A stretch of DNA of 64,000 bases from Octopus sinensis (taxonomy: Eukaryota), in contig NC_043012.1 of assembly GCF_006345805.1 (NCBI RefSeq), positions 45,012,001 to 45,076,000 of the forward strand, read 5' to 3'. A program made the translations under genes and the position numbers. Position 1 is the stretch's first letter; every line of letters begins with the position of its first letter. Below the pieces are notes generated by a model. The model ran no database searches. It had not been told where the DNA came from and saw only the letters and a list, made by a program, of their open reading frames with translations. This document shows, piece after piece, positions 52,313 through 64,000 of the stretch.

Positions 52313-54033
52313 AGAGAGTATTAGTGCGTAAGATTGGTCTGGACATGCGTATGTATGGGGTTGGTGTATGTATTAGTATGTATTAGTATGTATTAGTACG
52401 TATTGGTATGTATAGGTATGTGTGTGTGTGTGTGAGAGAGTATAAGTGCGTATGCGGGGTCTGGACGTGTGTATGTATAGGGTTGGTGTAAGTATTAGTA
52501 TGTACTAGTATGTATTAGTACGTATTAGTATGTATTAGTTGGTGTGTGTATTAGTATGGCACATCATATGTGATGTGATGTGTAAAGTCATGAGGGGGAG
52601 AAGAGGGGAGGGGGAGAAGAGGGGGAGAAGAGGGGGAGAAGAGGGGAGGGGGAGGGGGAGAGGGGAGGGGGAGAGAAGGGGGGGAAGAAGAGGGGGAGGA
52701 GAAGGGGGAAGAGGAGACGATGGGGGAGAAGGAAGGTGAGGAGGGGATGAAGGAGGAAAGAGGGAGAGGGGGAGAGAGAGAAGGGGAGAGAGGGAGTGAG
52801 GGAGCAGAGGGAAGGGGAAGAGGGAGGGAGAAAGAGGGAAGAAGGGAAGGGGAGTAGGGGTGAAAGGATGAAGGACTGAAGAAGTAGGGGTCGGGGGGAG
52901 AAAGGATAGGTGAGGAGGGGGGAGAGGGGGGTTAGATGAGGAGGGGGGGGGGGAGAGTTGAGACCAAATGGCGTATAAGAGCGAAGAGAGAAGATTAATT
53001 CCTGTTCACGGCGCAAACGGGAATCCGGATGGCCTCTGTGTAAGGACAAACCGAACACAGATAGGTGTTGCAAGGAGTGACCGGTGGAGCGGAAATGGCG
53101 TGAGACCGGTGTGTCGTTCGCAAGGTGGATGTCACGAAGGTGTTCCGCGAACCGGTCAGCCAAGCGGCGTCCCGTTTGTCCGATGTACAATGAATTGCAG
53201 AGAGAGCAAGAGATGCAATAGATGATATTGCTGGAGGTGCAGGTGAAGGAGTGGATGATGGGATAGGGTCGATGGTGGGTGCTAGTGAGGCGGGTGGTGT
53301 TGGAGAGGTAAGGGCAAGTGCGGCAACGTGGGCGGGAGCAGGGGAACGAGCCGGGTTGGGAGGTAGGGTCAGGGAAGGAGCTATGGACCAAAAGGTCTCG
53401 AAGGTTGCGGGCTCGTTTGAAAGAGGGGAGGGGTCGGTTAGGGAAGAGGTGTGAAGTGGACGGGTCGGACTGGAGATGACGGAAAGCTCGAAGAATGGTG
53501 CGTTGGAGACGTAGGGTCGTGGGGTGGTAAGTGAGGGGAAAAGGGAGGCGGGAGACTACAGGGCGGGTTCGGGGAGAGAGAGCAGATACACGGTCCACGG
53601 ACCGTGCTCTGGCAAGGGCGGTGTGGATAGTGGTGAGGGGGTATCCACGTAGGATGAAGTGGTGAGCCATACGTTGAGACTGAGTCTCAAAGTCATGGTC
53701 GTCACTACAGAGCCTACGTAGACGGAGGAATTGGGAATAGGGGATGGAAAGCTTGGTGTGTTCTGGGTGGGAGGAAGAGAAGTTGAGGTATGAGTGTGAG
53801 TCTGTGTGTTTGTAGTGAATGGAGGTGGTAAGAGTGGAGTGAAGAATGCTAACCGAAATGTCGAGGAAGGAGACAGAGGTGTTGGAGATAGTGGAAGTGA
53901 AGTGGAGGGCTGGATGGAAAGATTGGACGAAAGAGAGGAAGGAATCTAGATGTTCGCGGGAGAGTGAGGTGGCACCGATAATGTCGTCAATATAACGACC
54001 ATATAGTTCAGGAGTGGGACCAGTGAAATGAAC
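52030..54033 (-). mobile_element. 5'-truncated Penelope-like element (Neptune-type, with a Cys-rich linker) and 3' pLTR
   Basis: RT C-terminus, C-x4-C-x2-C linker, GIY-YIG domain; HHR-like motif at ~52127-52160; (TA)n at the 3' flank. Confidence 0.93.
52588..54033 (-). CDS. Penelope-like RT (YIDD, thumb) plus GIY-YIG endonuclease; open frame of about 480 codons, 5'-truncated
   Basis: The frame of ORF 52588-53670 extends upstream without stops: ELYGRYIDDII...VSFLD...SSSHP...SIPYSQFLRLRRLCS, then IIYCISCSLC...YIGQTGR...RFAEH...REQELI...GLN; the last ~120 codons are low-complexity. Confidence 0.9.
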   Translation of the reverse strand, partial: VHFTGPTPELYGRYIDDIIGATSLSREHLDSFLSFVQSFHPALHFTSTISNTSVSFLDISVSILHSTLTTSIHYKHTDSHSYLNFSSSHPEHTKLSIPYSQFLRLRRLCSDDHDFETQSQRMAHHFILRGYPLTTIHTALARARSVDRVSALSPRTRPVVSRLPFPLTYHPTTLRLQRTILRAFRHLQSDPSTSHLFPNRPLPSFKRARNLRDLLVHSSFPDPTSQPGSFPCSRPRCRTCPYLSNTTRLTSTHHRPYPIIHSFTCTSSNIIYCISCSLCNSLYIGQTGRRLADRFAEHLRDIHLANDTPVSRHFRSTGHSLQHLSVFGLSLHRGHPDSRLRREQELIFSLRSYTPFGLNSPPPPPHLTPLSPLLTYPFSPRPLLLQSFILSPLLPFPSSLFLPPSSPSLCSLTPSLPFSLSPSPSFLLHPLLTFLLPHRLLFPLLLPLFFPPFSPPPLSPSPSPLLPLFSPSSPPPLFSPS

Positions 54034-54855
54034 TCATACATGTACACAATGATCATCTCTTTCTTTATACATATCTACACAACTATTTATTTATGCAGTA
54101 TTCTTTTTCTCATATTATCCATCCTTCTTTATCTATACATACACATCCATACAGTCATATACAATTTCAAGTTACAGCTATGATATATGTTTTCATTTTC
54201 GCATTTTCTTTCTTCGTTTCACTCTGATATTTGGTGTCCGAATGCAATTATAATACTGGCGAATTTTGATTGAGTTATTCCAGATTCTGGAATGATGTCT
54301 GCTATTTAACAGAAACATTTTCTGCTCTACGAAAAATATCACAATAAGAGAAATATAATAGTCTTAAATTTGGCAAAGAAAAGAAAAAAAAAATTGCTTA
54401 CAGCTATATCTAATAAGAGAGTTAAAAAATGTATAAAATAAATGCTTATATGTTTATAGAGTTTATGCTTCCAGGCAATATAAATGTGTATGGTTTTATA
54501 CACACACACACACACGCACATACACGCACACACACAAACACAGACATATATATATGAGATGTGTACTTTATATCTAATCAATTTTGAATTTGAATATACG
54601 TGTGTGTGTGCATGTGTGTGTGCATGTGTGTGTGTGTGTGTATGTATGTGTATATAATTACATAAAGTTACAGACAGAGCAGTAATTACACAAATACATC
54701 TACGTACATGTATTTTTATGCATGTATTCATAGCAAACTATCCTGCTCGCTTCTCAGTCTAGTTATCTCTATACACAGACTCTGTCTTTCTACTTCTCCC
54801 CCTCTCTTTCTCTCACTCACGATCTCTTTCTCTCTTACATACACACACACACACA

Positions 54856-54891
<36 letters not shown>

Positions 54892-55102
54892 GTATATACA
54901 GACATTCATAGAGACATAATATACATGCAAATGACATTTCGTTTTATTCATTGATACTTACACACACAGAAATTCGCATAAAGTTATTCGATCCTGTAAG
55001 TTGTGTGCGTGTATACATGAATATAAATGTAAATATGCACTTACGCATGAAATCATAACAACGGACACACAAAAACACACACATTTTCATAGATACATAC
55101 AC

Positions 55103-55150
<48 letters not shown>

Positions 55151-55214
55151 GTGTGTGTGTGTATATATATATGATATATGTATATATACATATACATATA
55201 TATATATATTAGTA

Positions 55215-55275
<61 letters not shown>

Positions 55276-55310
55276 TATATATATAATATATTATATATAT
55301 ATATATATAT

Positions 55311-56661
<1,351 letters not shown>

Positions 56662-57597
56662 ACATATGTGTGTAAAGCCTTGGCATCAAATATGACAAAT
56701 ATATACATATATGCATGCGCATATATATAACTATACATATTTTCATGTATGTATATGTACACAGGCATGCCTGCATACATACATACATACATACATACAT
56801 ACATACATACATACATACATACATACATACATACATACATACATTCATATATACATACATACATATATGCATATGTGTGGGTAAAGAGAAGAGAAAGAGG
56901 GCGAGGGAAAGGAAAGGAAGAAAGAAAGACAGAAAGGAAGAAAAAATGCCCGTGCGAGCAAGGCAAACATATATATTTTCATAAAAATGTATATGTAATT
57001 AAAGGTTTTTTTTCAGTATTATTATATGGTTAATCGAAGAATGCATTTTTACATCTTTCACTGTCCACAGAAGACCTATGAAAGAGAATAAATATGTATG
57101 GATTGTGTACTTGTTTCAGTTATATTTTCAGCTTGTGTATCTTTAGTACAAACACACACACACACACACACTCACACGCGCTCGCTCTTATGCACATACT
57201 CACATTCACACACACACACACACACATATGCATTATATATGCATACATAAATCTCCAATGGCTCTGTGAAACGGAAAATGTCTGTATGCATAAGTCTGTG
57301 ATTGCTTATATACTCACGCAACATCCGGAAATACTCAATGTTGACCATCACAATACTTAGATGCCAGTACTATTAGTTTCTGTTTTGTTTTCTTGTTGAC
57401 AGAAACCGCTCTTCTCTTAGAATTCAATAATGCTTTAGATAGACGTATATCCTTATATATAACGCGAGTCTGATTCTGTTTCTCAACTTCTCGTAAAAGA
57501 GCATTCCTGGCATATCGCAAATAAAATAACTTCAGCCATTAATTAATTTGTCTGCATGTTATCGTATATTAGATTATTACCGGATGTATATTCTTAC

Positions 57598-57645
57598 CCC
57601 CTCTGGGTACCTGGCTGTTGTTTGATGTAATTGATTGAATATACC
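57598..57645 (-). CDS. Probable exon of an unidentified host gene (GIFNQLHQTTARYPEG, phase 0-0)
   Basis: Acceptor aataatactacag, donor ggg|gtaaga; 48 nt. Confidence 0.5.
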
Positions 57646-57829
57646 CTGTAGTATTATTGTTGCTTTCCATTGACAACGGCAATGTAGCGTTACATGTGAG
57701 AAAAAATATACTAGAACGACTGCGTAACAGAGTAAATAGTAAAAATTGCTTCCCTTCATTTGACAGTTTCTACAACATTCATTTAAAAAATTATTTCTCT
57801 TTATCACAGATTTTGCTGGAGCTCCTGCT

Positions 57830-59300
57830 TGCTACCTGCAGCCTGCGGTATCATACTATCCGTTCGTTTCAGTTATCTAACCTTTTGTAACAGTTCTACT
57901 GAGCACTCTATTTCAATGTCCTTTATATTCCTCTTGATGCCTTCTGATACTGTTCCAATAATCGGGACTATCTTCACCTTCATTTTCCAAAGCCGGCCTA
58001 TTTCGTACCTAAGCGGGTTGTATTTACCTATCTTTTCGCCTTCCTTCTTGCCTATTCGTGGATCAAAGGGGCATCTAACATCAACTATATAGCATATATG
58101 GTGCACCTTGTCCACCATCACTAGGTCCCGTCTGTTATGCTCTAGCACCTGATCTGTTAGGATTAGAAAATCCCAGAGGATTTACTAGTCTCCCACTCAG
58201 CCACTCTCTGCGGTCTGTGCTCATACCACGTTTTGCTTCTCTCCAGACCCCACTTTTCGCACAGTTTTCAGTGTAGCACTTTCGCTATCTGATCGTGTCG
58301 CTATAACTTGTTGTGGTTTGGGGCAAGTCTAGAGCATTCGTCCGTGGTATGGGTGATGGTTTCATTCACTCTAGTGCAGCTGCGGCACAGCGGACACTTG
58401 CTCATTCCTAAGTTTGGCACTCTAGTTCATGGTCAAAGCTTGGTGCTGCGCTGCTAGTATAGTGCTCACGGTCTCGTTTTTTAGTGTTCCTTTCATCAGC
58501 CAATCCCACCTATTTTTGTCCAGCAACTTCTGTTGTGGCTACATGGAATGGATTGTACAGTCCCTTCTTGCGTAATTCTTCATCACTTCTTCCTTTGTTT
58601 TTCAATACTCCCTCGTTTCTAGGTATTTCATTAAGCTCTCGAGTTCGATACGCATGCAATCTTCCACCCATGTTTTCAGAGGTGAATTATTCAAACCCCA
58701 AAGAATCCCTCTCAACACATGGCTTTGATGCTCCCCCACTACTTCTGCTCGTGATCAGAGATGCACATATCGTCAGCCACTAAGGGACATGCTCAACTGG
58801 TTAAGGCCAAACAACTGACAAGCAAATCTGTGATATTGAGCAGAATATTTGCTGTAGTCCATCTTTTATACCAAGACAAATCAATCAGTTAAGATCAGAA
58901 GCCACGAGTGCCACTGCCTGGCACTGCATAATCATCATCACCACCGTGTATTTTGGATAAGTGCTCTGCGTGGAATATGCGTTGTGCCTAGAAGTATGTT
59001 ATGTATATTCGCATATCTTGGTGTTTTGGTTATGTACTAGTCTGTATGATTTTGTTCATACCTAAAACATGTATTATAGGAATTGCTTCTGTCCTCAGGT
59101 TCCACACTTAGATTAGCTGAATTTCTAAATCGTTGTATTCTGGGAATTTCTCCTTTTCTTTTAGTTCCATTGTTATAGGCACAGACATGGCTATGTGCTT
59201 AAATCTATAAAATTATTCCTCACAAGGTCATATTTGGCGACACGGCTTTACCATTGAACATACCTTACATATACGCTCGAAGTACACCCTACATATTCCT
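57830..59300 (-). mobile_element. Older R4/Dong-clade LINE remnant with a nested insertion
   Basis: CPLCRSC...ETITH...EC..LA...RHD and NRRDLV..DK....YIVDVRCPFD...KIGKY.PL. Confidence 0.8.
58660..58935. mobile_element. Interspersed repeat nested in the Dong remnant
   Basis: Interrupts the LINE sequence; its tattgagcagaatatttgct motif also occurs at ~5590. Confidence 0.6.
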
Positions 59301-59575
59301 CTAGCACAATGCCCTTCATCTACTAACCCTGTTGGCAGATAAGGCAAAATTAAACCAAATATAATGTGAACGCAGTTAGACTTATCTCAGTATTGTGTTC
59401 AGTTAAATTCGAATATTCCTTGGTCTGTATATTACATTAATCAATATCAAATATTTGTTAATTTGTGCCTTAGGTTTAACGGTCGTATATTTTTAGACTT
59501 TAAATGAATGACTTCTCCCGAAACGGAAACCAAATTTGATTTAGAGATTACGCACGACGAGAGAATGACCCTTAC

Positions 59576-59610
59576 TCTATGGCCTTGGTCAGTATATGAA
59601 TATGCAATAG
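59576..59610 (-). CDS. Probable exon of an unidentified host gene (xIAYSYTDQGHR, phase 1-0)
   Basis: Acceptor gttgtcttctgtag, donor aga|gtaagg; joins the 57645 exon in frame. Confidence 0.5.
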
Positions 59611-59739
59611 CTACAGAAGACAACTTTTAGAACACTTTACATAAAGCATTTCGATTGCTTTGAGTAATAGTCTAAATAATGTCTAACACACTACATTTAA
59701 AAACTAAAAGATATCGATGTAATTGATAAATCAAACGTG

Positions 59740-60075
59740 TATATGTGTATGACCACAAACAGAGTATTGTTAAGACACAAGTGTTAAATGTATGAGCACT
59801 CCGTCGACTATGACGACGAGGGTTCCATTTGGTCCGATCAACGTACAGCCTGCTAGTGAAATTAACGTGCAAGTGGCTGAGCACTTTACGGATACGCATA
59901 CACTTAGCGTAGTTCTCAGTGAGATTCAGTGTGTCACAGTATGTGACAAGGCCAGTCCTTTGAATTCCAGTTACCACTCATTTTGCCAGCTTAGTGAACC
60001 GGAGCAGCGGGAAATAAAGTGTCTTCCTGAAGAACACAACGCGCCACCGGAAATCGAACGTGAACAATTATACTA
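59740..60075 (-). mobile_element. tRNA-derived SINE (family C)
   Basis: Minus strand shows a B-box-like gttcgatttcc followed by gttgtgttcttcaggaagacactt (cf. the common SINE motif gttgtgtccttgagcaagacactt). Confidence 0.75.
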
Positions 60076-60234
60076 ACCACAAAAACAAACAATTAATTAG
60101 AAACGTCATTAGAAACGTCATTACTTAGTGACTGTAGACAATCCCAAGAATCGAACTTACCAAGTACTGCTTAGGTATATTATGTTGTTGTAAGTCACAA
60201 TTATAAACTTAAGCAGCATTATAAAATGGACATG

Positions 60235-60995
60235 TACAAAGTGCATTCCAGAAGTTTTTAGAAATTTACAGGTGAGAAATGTACTCATTTCAAAGAAGTA
60301 CAAAACTCGCTGATTGAAAGTAGACTAATCTGACTTCAATGGAACTGTTGTAGCGCTCCAGGCGTGAATGCCACATAGAAGTCATCCGAATTGAATTGGG
60401 GGAAAACAAAAGTCAGCGGGAGCAAGATCTGGACTGCAGGTGAATGAGAGGAAGCTTTTATATCCATCTCTGTCAAGTACCAAGTTGTTTGACACTTGGC
60501 ACCTTTGCATAAATTTTGTGCGTGTGCAGATTTTCATTGACAATTCTGTGTATAGTTGGTACACCAATTCCAAGCAGTAGGCTTATTGCCTTGTAAAATA
60601 TGACGGCCGTCATCCAGAGAACCGCGTATTTTCTCAACCAGCTCTAATATTTTGATCTCCCTCGCCTCCTAGACCTCTCATCATCTCTCACCTCCTCTCT
60701 ACTCTCTTTGAACGAACCCTTTATGAGAGCCTGAAGCAATGTGGTGCACTTCACAAGTTTCTGTAGCATTTTTGTCCTGTTTAACACAAAAACTGAAATC
60801 TGCAAACTAGTCAGCTGTGGCAGCAGAGTTTAGTAGGATGTGTTCAAAGTGCTTTTACAGCCTTGGAATACCAAAAGTTGGCAAGTCAGCTTATAATATG
60901 TTTAGTAATGATATACCAAACATTACTCTAATCTAAGTCAGTTATAACTGGATCTTCTAAAAGAGATTCACAAAACTTCTGGATTGTATCTCGTA
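60235..60995 (-). mobile_element. Mariner remnant with TIRs
   Basis: TA-caaagtgcattccagaagtttt / aaaacttctggattgtatctcg-TA; SPDLAPADFCFP on the minus strand. Confidence 0.85.
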
Positions 60996-61439
60996 ACTTA
61001 TTAATTTGCAGTTCGGAACTGTATCTGCGAGACAAATTGTATCTGATAAAAATATTTAACTTATACATGAAAAGCGTAGTCTTATTTGATTTATGTTACG
61101 GTTCACTACAATTCACAGATACATACATATATTTCAAGTTGAAGCTTCTGTTTACTTCGAAAGTATGAAAAATATAATATAAACTATTCTTAGTCTTCTT
61201 TACAAATCTTTCAGTGAAAACTTAAAGACATCCACAAATTTTTGTAGATATACTGCGGAAAAGAAATTCCAAAGATAAGGCATTCTTTGCATTAGAAAAT
61301 ATAAAAAAATAATACAAGTAACATTAGAAAAGAAGGTTGCTTTAATCGTAAGTAGATCTAATGTTTATCATGCCATGCAGAAGTGGTTATAGATACTAAA
61401 TTGGAGATTTTCATATTTTAATATGTGGTAATATTGATT

Positions 61440-61650
61440 TGAAAATTTAACACAAGGTCAGTAAGTCCGGGGTAGGAGATAAGTCGTTTATAGCAAGCCC
61501 AGCGTTCTAATGATATTAATTTTACCTATCACGAAAGAATGAAATGCAATGGTCGACGTCGCTGAAATTTGAACTAAGAACGTGAAAAAAAAAATGATGA
61601 AATGCTACTAAACGCCTTTCACGGTAACGTTTCCGCCAGCTCGCCGCCTT
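61440..61650 (-). mobile_element. Degenerate SINE family A
   Basis: gtttccgccagctcgccgcc head; gaaatttgaactaagaacg. Confidence 0.8.
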
Positions 61651-62399
61651 TCAATAAGTCATAATATCAAGTTTACAATGACTAGAAAGCCAGTTATCAG
61701 TAGAAATATAATTTCACATTTGTTAGTAAAGAAATTTCCATAATTATATTTCTGAGGAATATACTCAACGCTGTTTTATTACGCAGCACACTTATCTTTC
61801 TCCTATTTAATGCTTCACAAAATGAGGATAAGTATTGTTTAATGAACCCTTGATTCCTCACTACAAGTTATTCAGGTTTATCCTGCAGGAGCATACTTTT
61901 AACATGCAATAATAAGAAAAATTATAAAGAGAAAATTCGAAAATATCTAGGGGAGCAGAAAAGAAGCCATACGAGGAGGAAACAGATACATGCACACTGA
62001 GAAGTGTAATACTTACTAATAAGCAGTGATCGTATACATTATGAGTACCAATTTAAAAGAGAAAAAAAGTGCAATAAGACTGGATTCGATCCATGTAATA
62101 TAGCTTACCACTAACCCTCATTACCGATCACACTTCAAAGTGTGTTTTGCTCCATTACAACTAAATACTATAAATCTTTTGTTTTAAATTAAGCGAAATT
62201 ATTTTATGCTCACAAATTTCTGGGTTGCTTCAAAGCTGATACAGAAGGTACGATGTAGACAGAAATATTTCTAATTGTCTGGTCACTCACTCGGTTGCGT
62301 CCTCCGTTAAAGTATCATCGGCGCGTTGGAGCTGGGCTTCTTTTTTTGGTGTGTGGCATAATTATCGTAAGAGCCATCACACATACAGACACACTCCCT

Positions 62400-64000
62400 A
62401 TGCGTATCGCCTTCACCTTCGAAACGCAGAGTATATGAAACCAAGGCGACTGAAGAAGGGGAATTTTCCTTGTGTTACTTGTCCTGTACTCTATTTTTTT
62501 GTTGTTTAAGAAAAGTGTCCAGTTCCTTGGTTTTGTGTTTATGTTTTCGTTTCTCATTGTGTTCGACGTTTTTTTTGGTGTCCTGTACCCATATATGCGT
62601 GTATATATACATGTAGAGGTAGGTATGTACATATATGTATGTATATATGCATATGTTTTATTAATTAATTTATTATATGACGGAACACACGCATCCATTT
62701 CTAAGTAAGATTGTTCTTGATATTAATAATGATGCGCACTCTTGACCTTTTTGTCCCCTCCCTTTCTCAGCCTTCATTCTTTCTGGTTTCCTTTTCTTCT
62801 ACCTTACTACCTCTCCCTCTCTCTCATTCTTCATTCTTTCTGGTTTCCTCACAACCATTCCCTGTTTTTCTCTCCCTTTCTCTCGCTCTTCCTCCTCTCT
62901 CCCGTCGTTGACCTGCGACGAGAGCTCTGATACTGTCTTTCTGGCCTGACTTCCTTGAAGTGTGGACGGCATTTTCTGTTGCTCCTTCGCCGTTCTCAAA
63001 AATAACGTTCGTAATACTTTTTCTCGTTCGGCTCAACATCCCTTCTTGTCTTGTTATTCTCCTTGTCCTGTCTTTTACTGTTTATATTTTGTACTGTCGT
63101 TACTGTCCTGTTTTTGTTACCATTTTTACCCCTCCGCAAAAAGATCTCAAATTTTATTTAATTTGGTTTTCGCGGGAAGGAAAGTTTCTATCGAAGATGC
63201 GTATCGCCTTCACCTTCGAAACGCAGAGTAGGTGAAACCATGGCGACTGAAGAAGGGGAATTTCCTTGTTTTATTTATCCTGTACTCTATTTTTTTGTTG
63301 TTTAAGAAAAAATGTCCAGTTCCTTGGCTTTGTGTTTATGTTTTCGTTTCTCATTGTGTTCGACGTTTGTTTTTTGTGTCCTGTACCCATATATGCGTGT
63401 ATATATACATGTAGAGGTAGGTATGTACATATATGTATGTATATATGCATATGTTTTATTAATTAATTTATTATATGACGGAACACACGCATCCATTTCT
63501 AAGTAAGATTGTTCTTGATATTAATAATGATGCGCACTCTTGACCTTTTTGTCCCCTCCCTTTCTCAGCCTTCATTCTTTCTGGTTTCCTTTTCTTCTAC
63601 CTTACTACCTCTCCCTCTCTCTCATTCTTCATTCTTTCTGGTTTCCTCACAACCATTCCCTGTTTTTCTCTCCCTTTCTCTCGCTCTTCCTCCTCTCTCC
63701 CGTCGTTGACCTGCGACGAGAGCTCTGATACTGTCTTTCTGGCCTGACTTCCTTGAAGTGTGGACGGCATTTTCTGTTGCTCCTTCGCCGTTCTCAAAAA
63801 TAACGTTCGTAATACTTTTTCTCGTTCGGCTCAACATCCCTTCTTGTCTTGTTATTCTCCTTGTCCTGTCTTTTACTGTTTATATTTTGTACTGTCGTTA
63901 CTGTCCTGTTTTTGTTACCATTTTTACCCCTCCGCAAAAAGATCTCAAATTTTATTTAATTTGGTTTTCGCGGGAAGGAAAGTTTCTATCGAAGATGCGT
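62400..64000 (+). repeat. Tandem array of a ~798-bp non-coding unit (at least 2 copies, running off the window)
   Basis: atgcgtatcgccttcacc starts at 62400 and 63197, and atgcgt recurs at 63995; the copies are nearly identical. Confidence 0.95.

Noticed and set aside
62290-62400. Minus-strand segment ending in a gtgagt donor (possible first exon)
   Set aside because: No good acceptor or promoter evidence, and it abuts the tandem repeat
63205-63265. Type II hammerhead arrangement (ccttc-GAAAC ... CTGAAGA-agg)
   Set aside because: Stem I cannot be formed and stem II is mostly G-U; kept only as an unexplained conserved motif

Overview
AT-rich, repeat-dominated eukaryotic DNA, very probably from an octopus (coleoid cephalopod), judging by recalled octopus SINE families and the extreme (TA)n/(CA)n/(ATCT)n microsatellite load. 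Most ORFs in the supplied track are microsatellite artefacts. Recognisable content: (i) a probable host gene on the minus strand, seen only as short, frame-consistent exons in large introns (59610-59576, 57645-57598, 46278-46201, 43556-43491; possibly 19399-19375 and 18985-18968); (ii) a 5'-truncated Penelope-like element with an uninterrupted RT C-terminus plus GIY-YIG frame, and several Penelope relics; (iii) R4/Dong-type LINE fragments, two of them next to (TAA)n, an RTE LINE with a 5' inversion, an old CR1/Jockey-like fragment, four mariner/Tc1 remnants, two MITEs, two Helitron pieces and many tRNA-derived SINEs. The most striking signal is a set of about 10 type I hammerhead ribozyme (HHR) motifs from at least five sequence families. 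Several lie in non-coding ~560-bp tandem units or fold-back (inverted) repeats embedded in (TA)n. One looks intact (36235-36287, minus), one family shows a compensatory stem II change between copies, and one has a non-canonical A6-to-U core in two copies. This resembles a community of retrozyme-like or Penelope-pLTR-derived self-cleaving retroelements, probably inside the introns of the host gene. All structures were read by eye; no folding, alignment or database search was run, and repeat boundaries are approximate.
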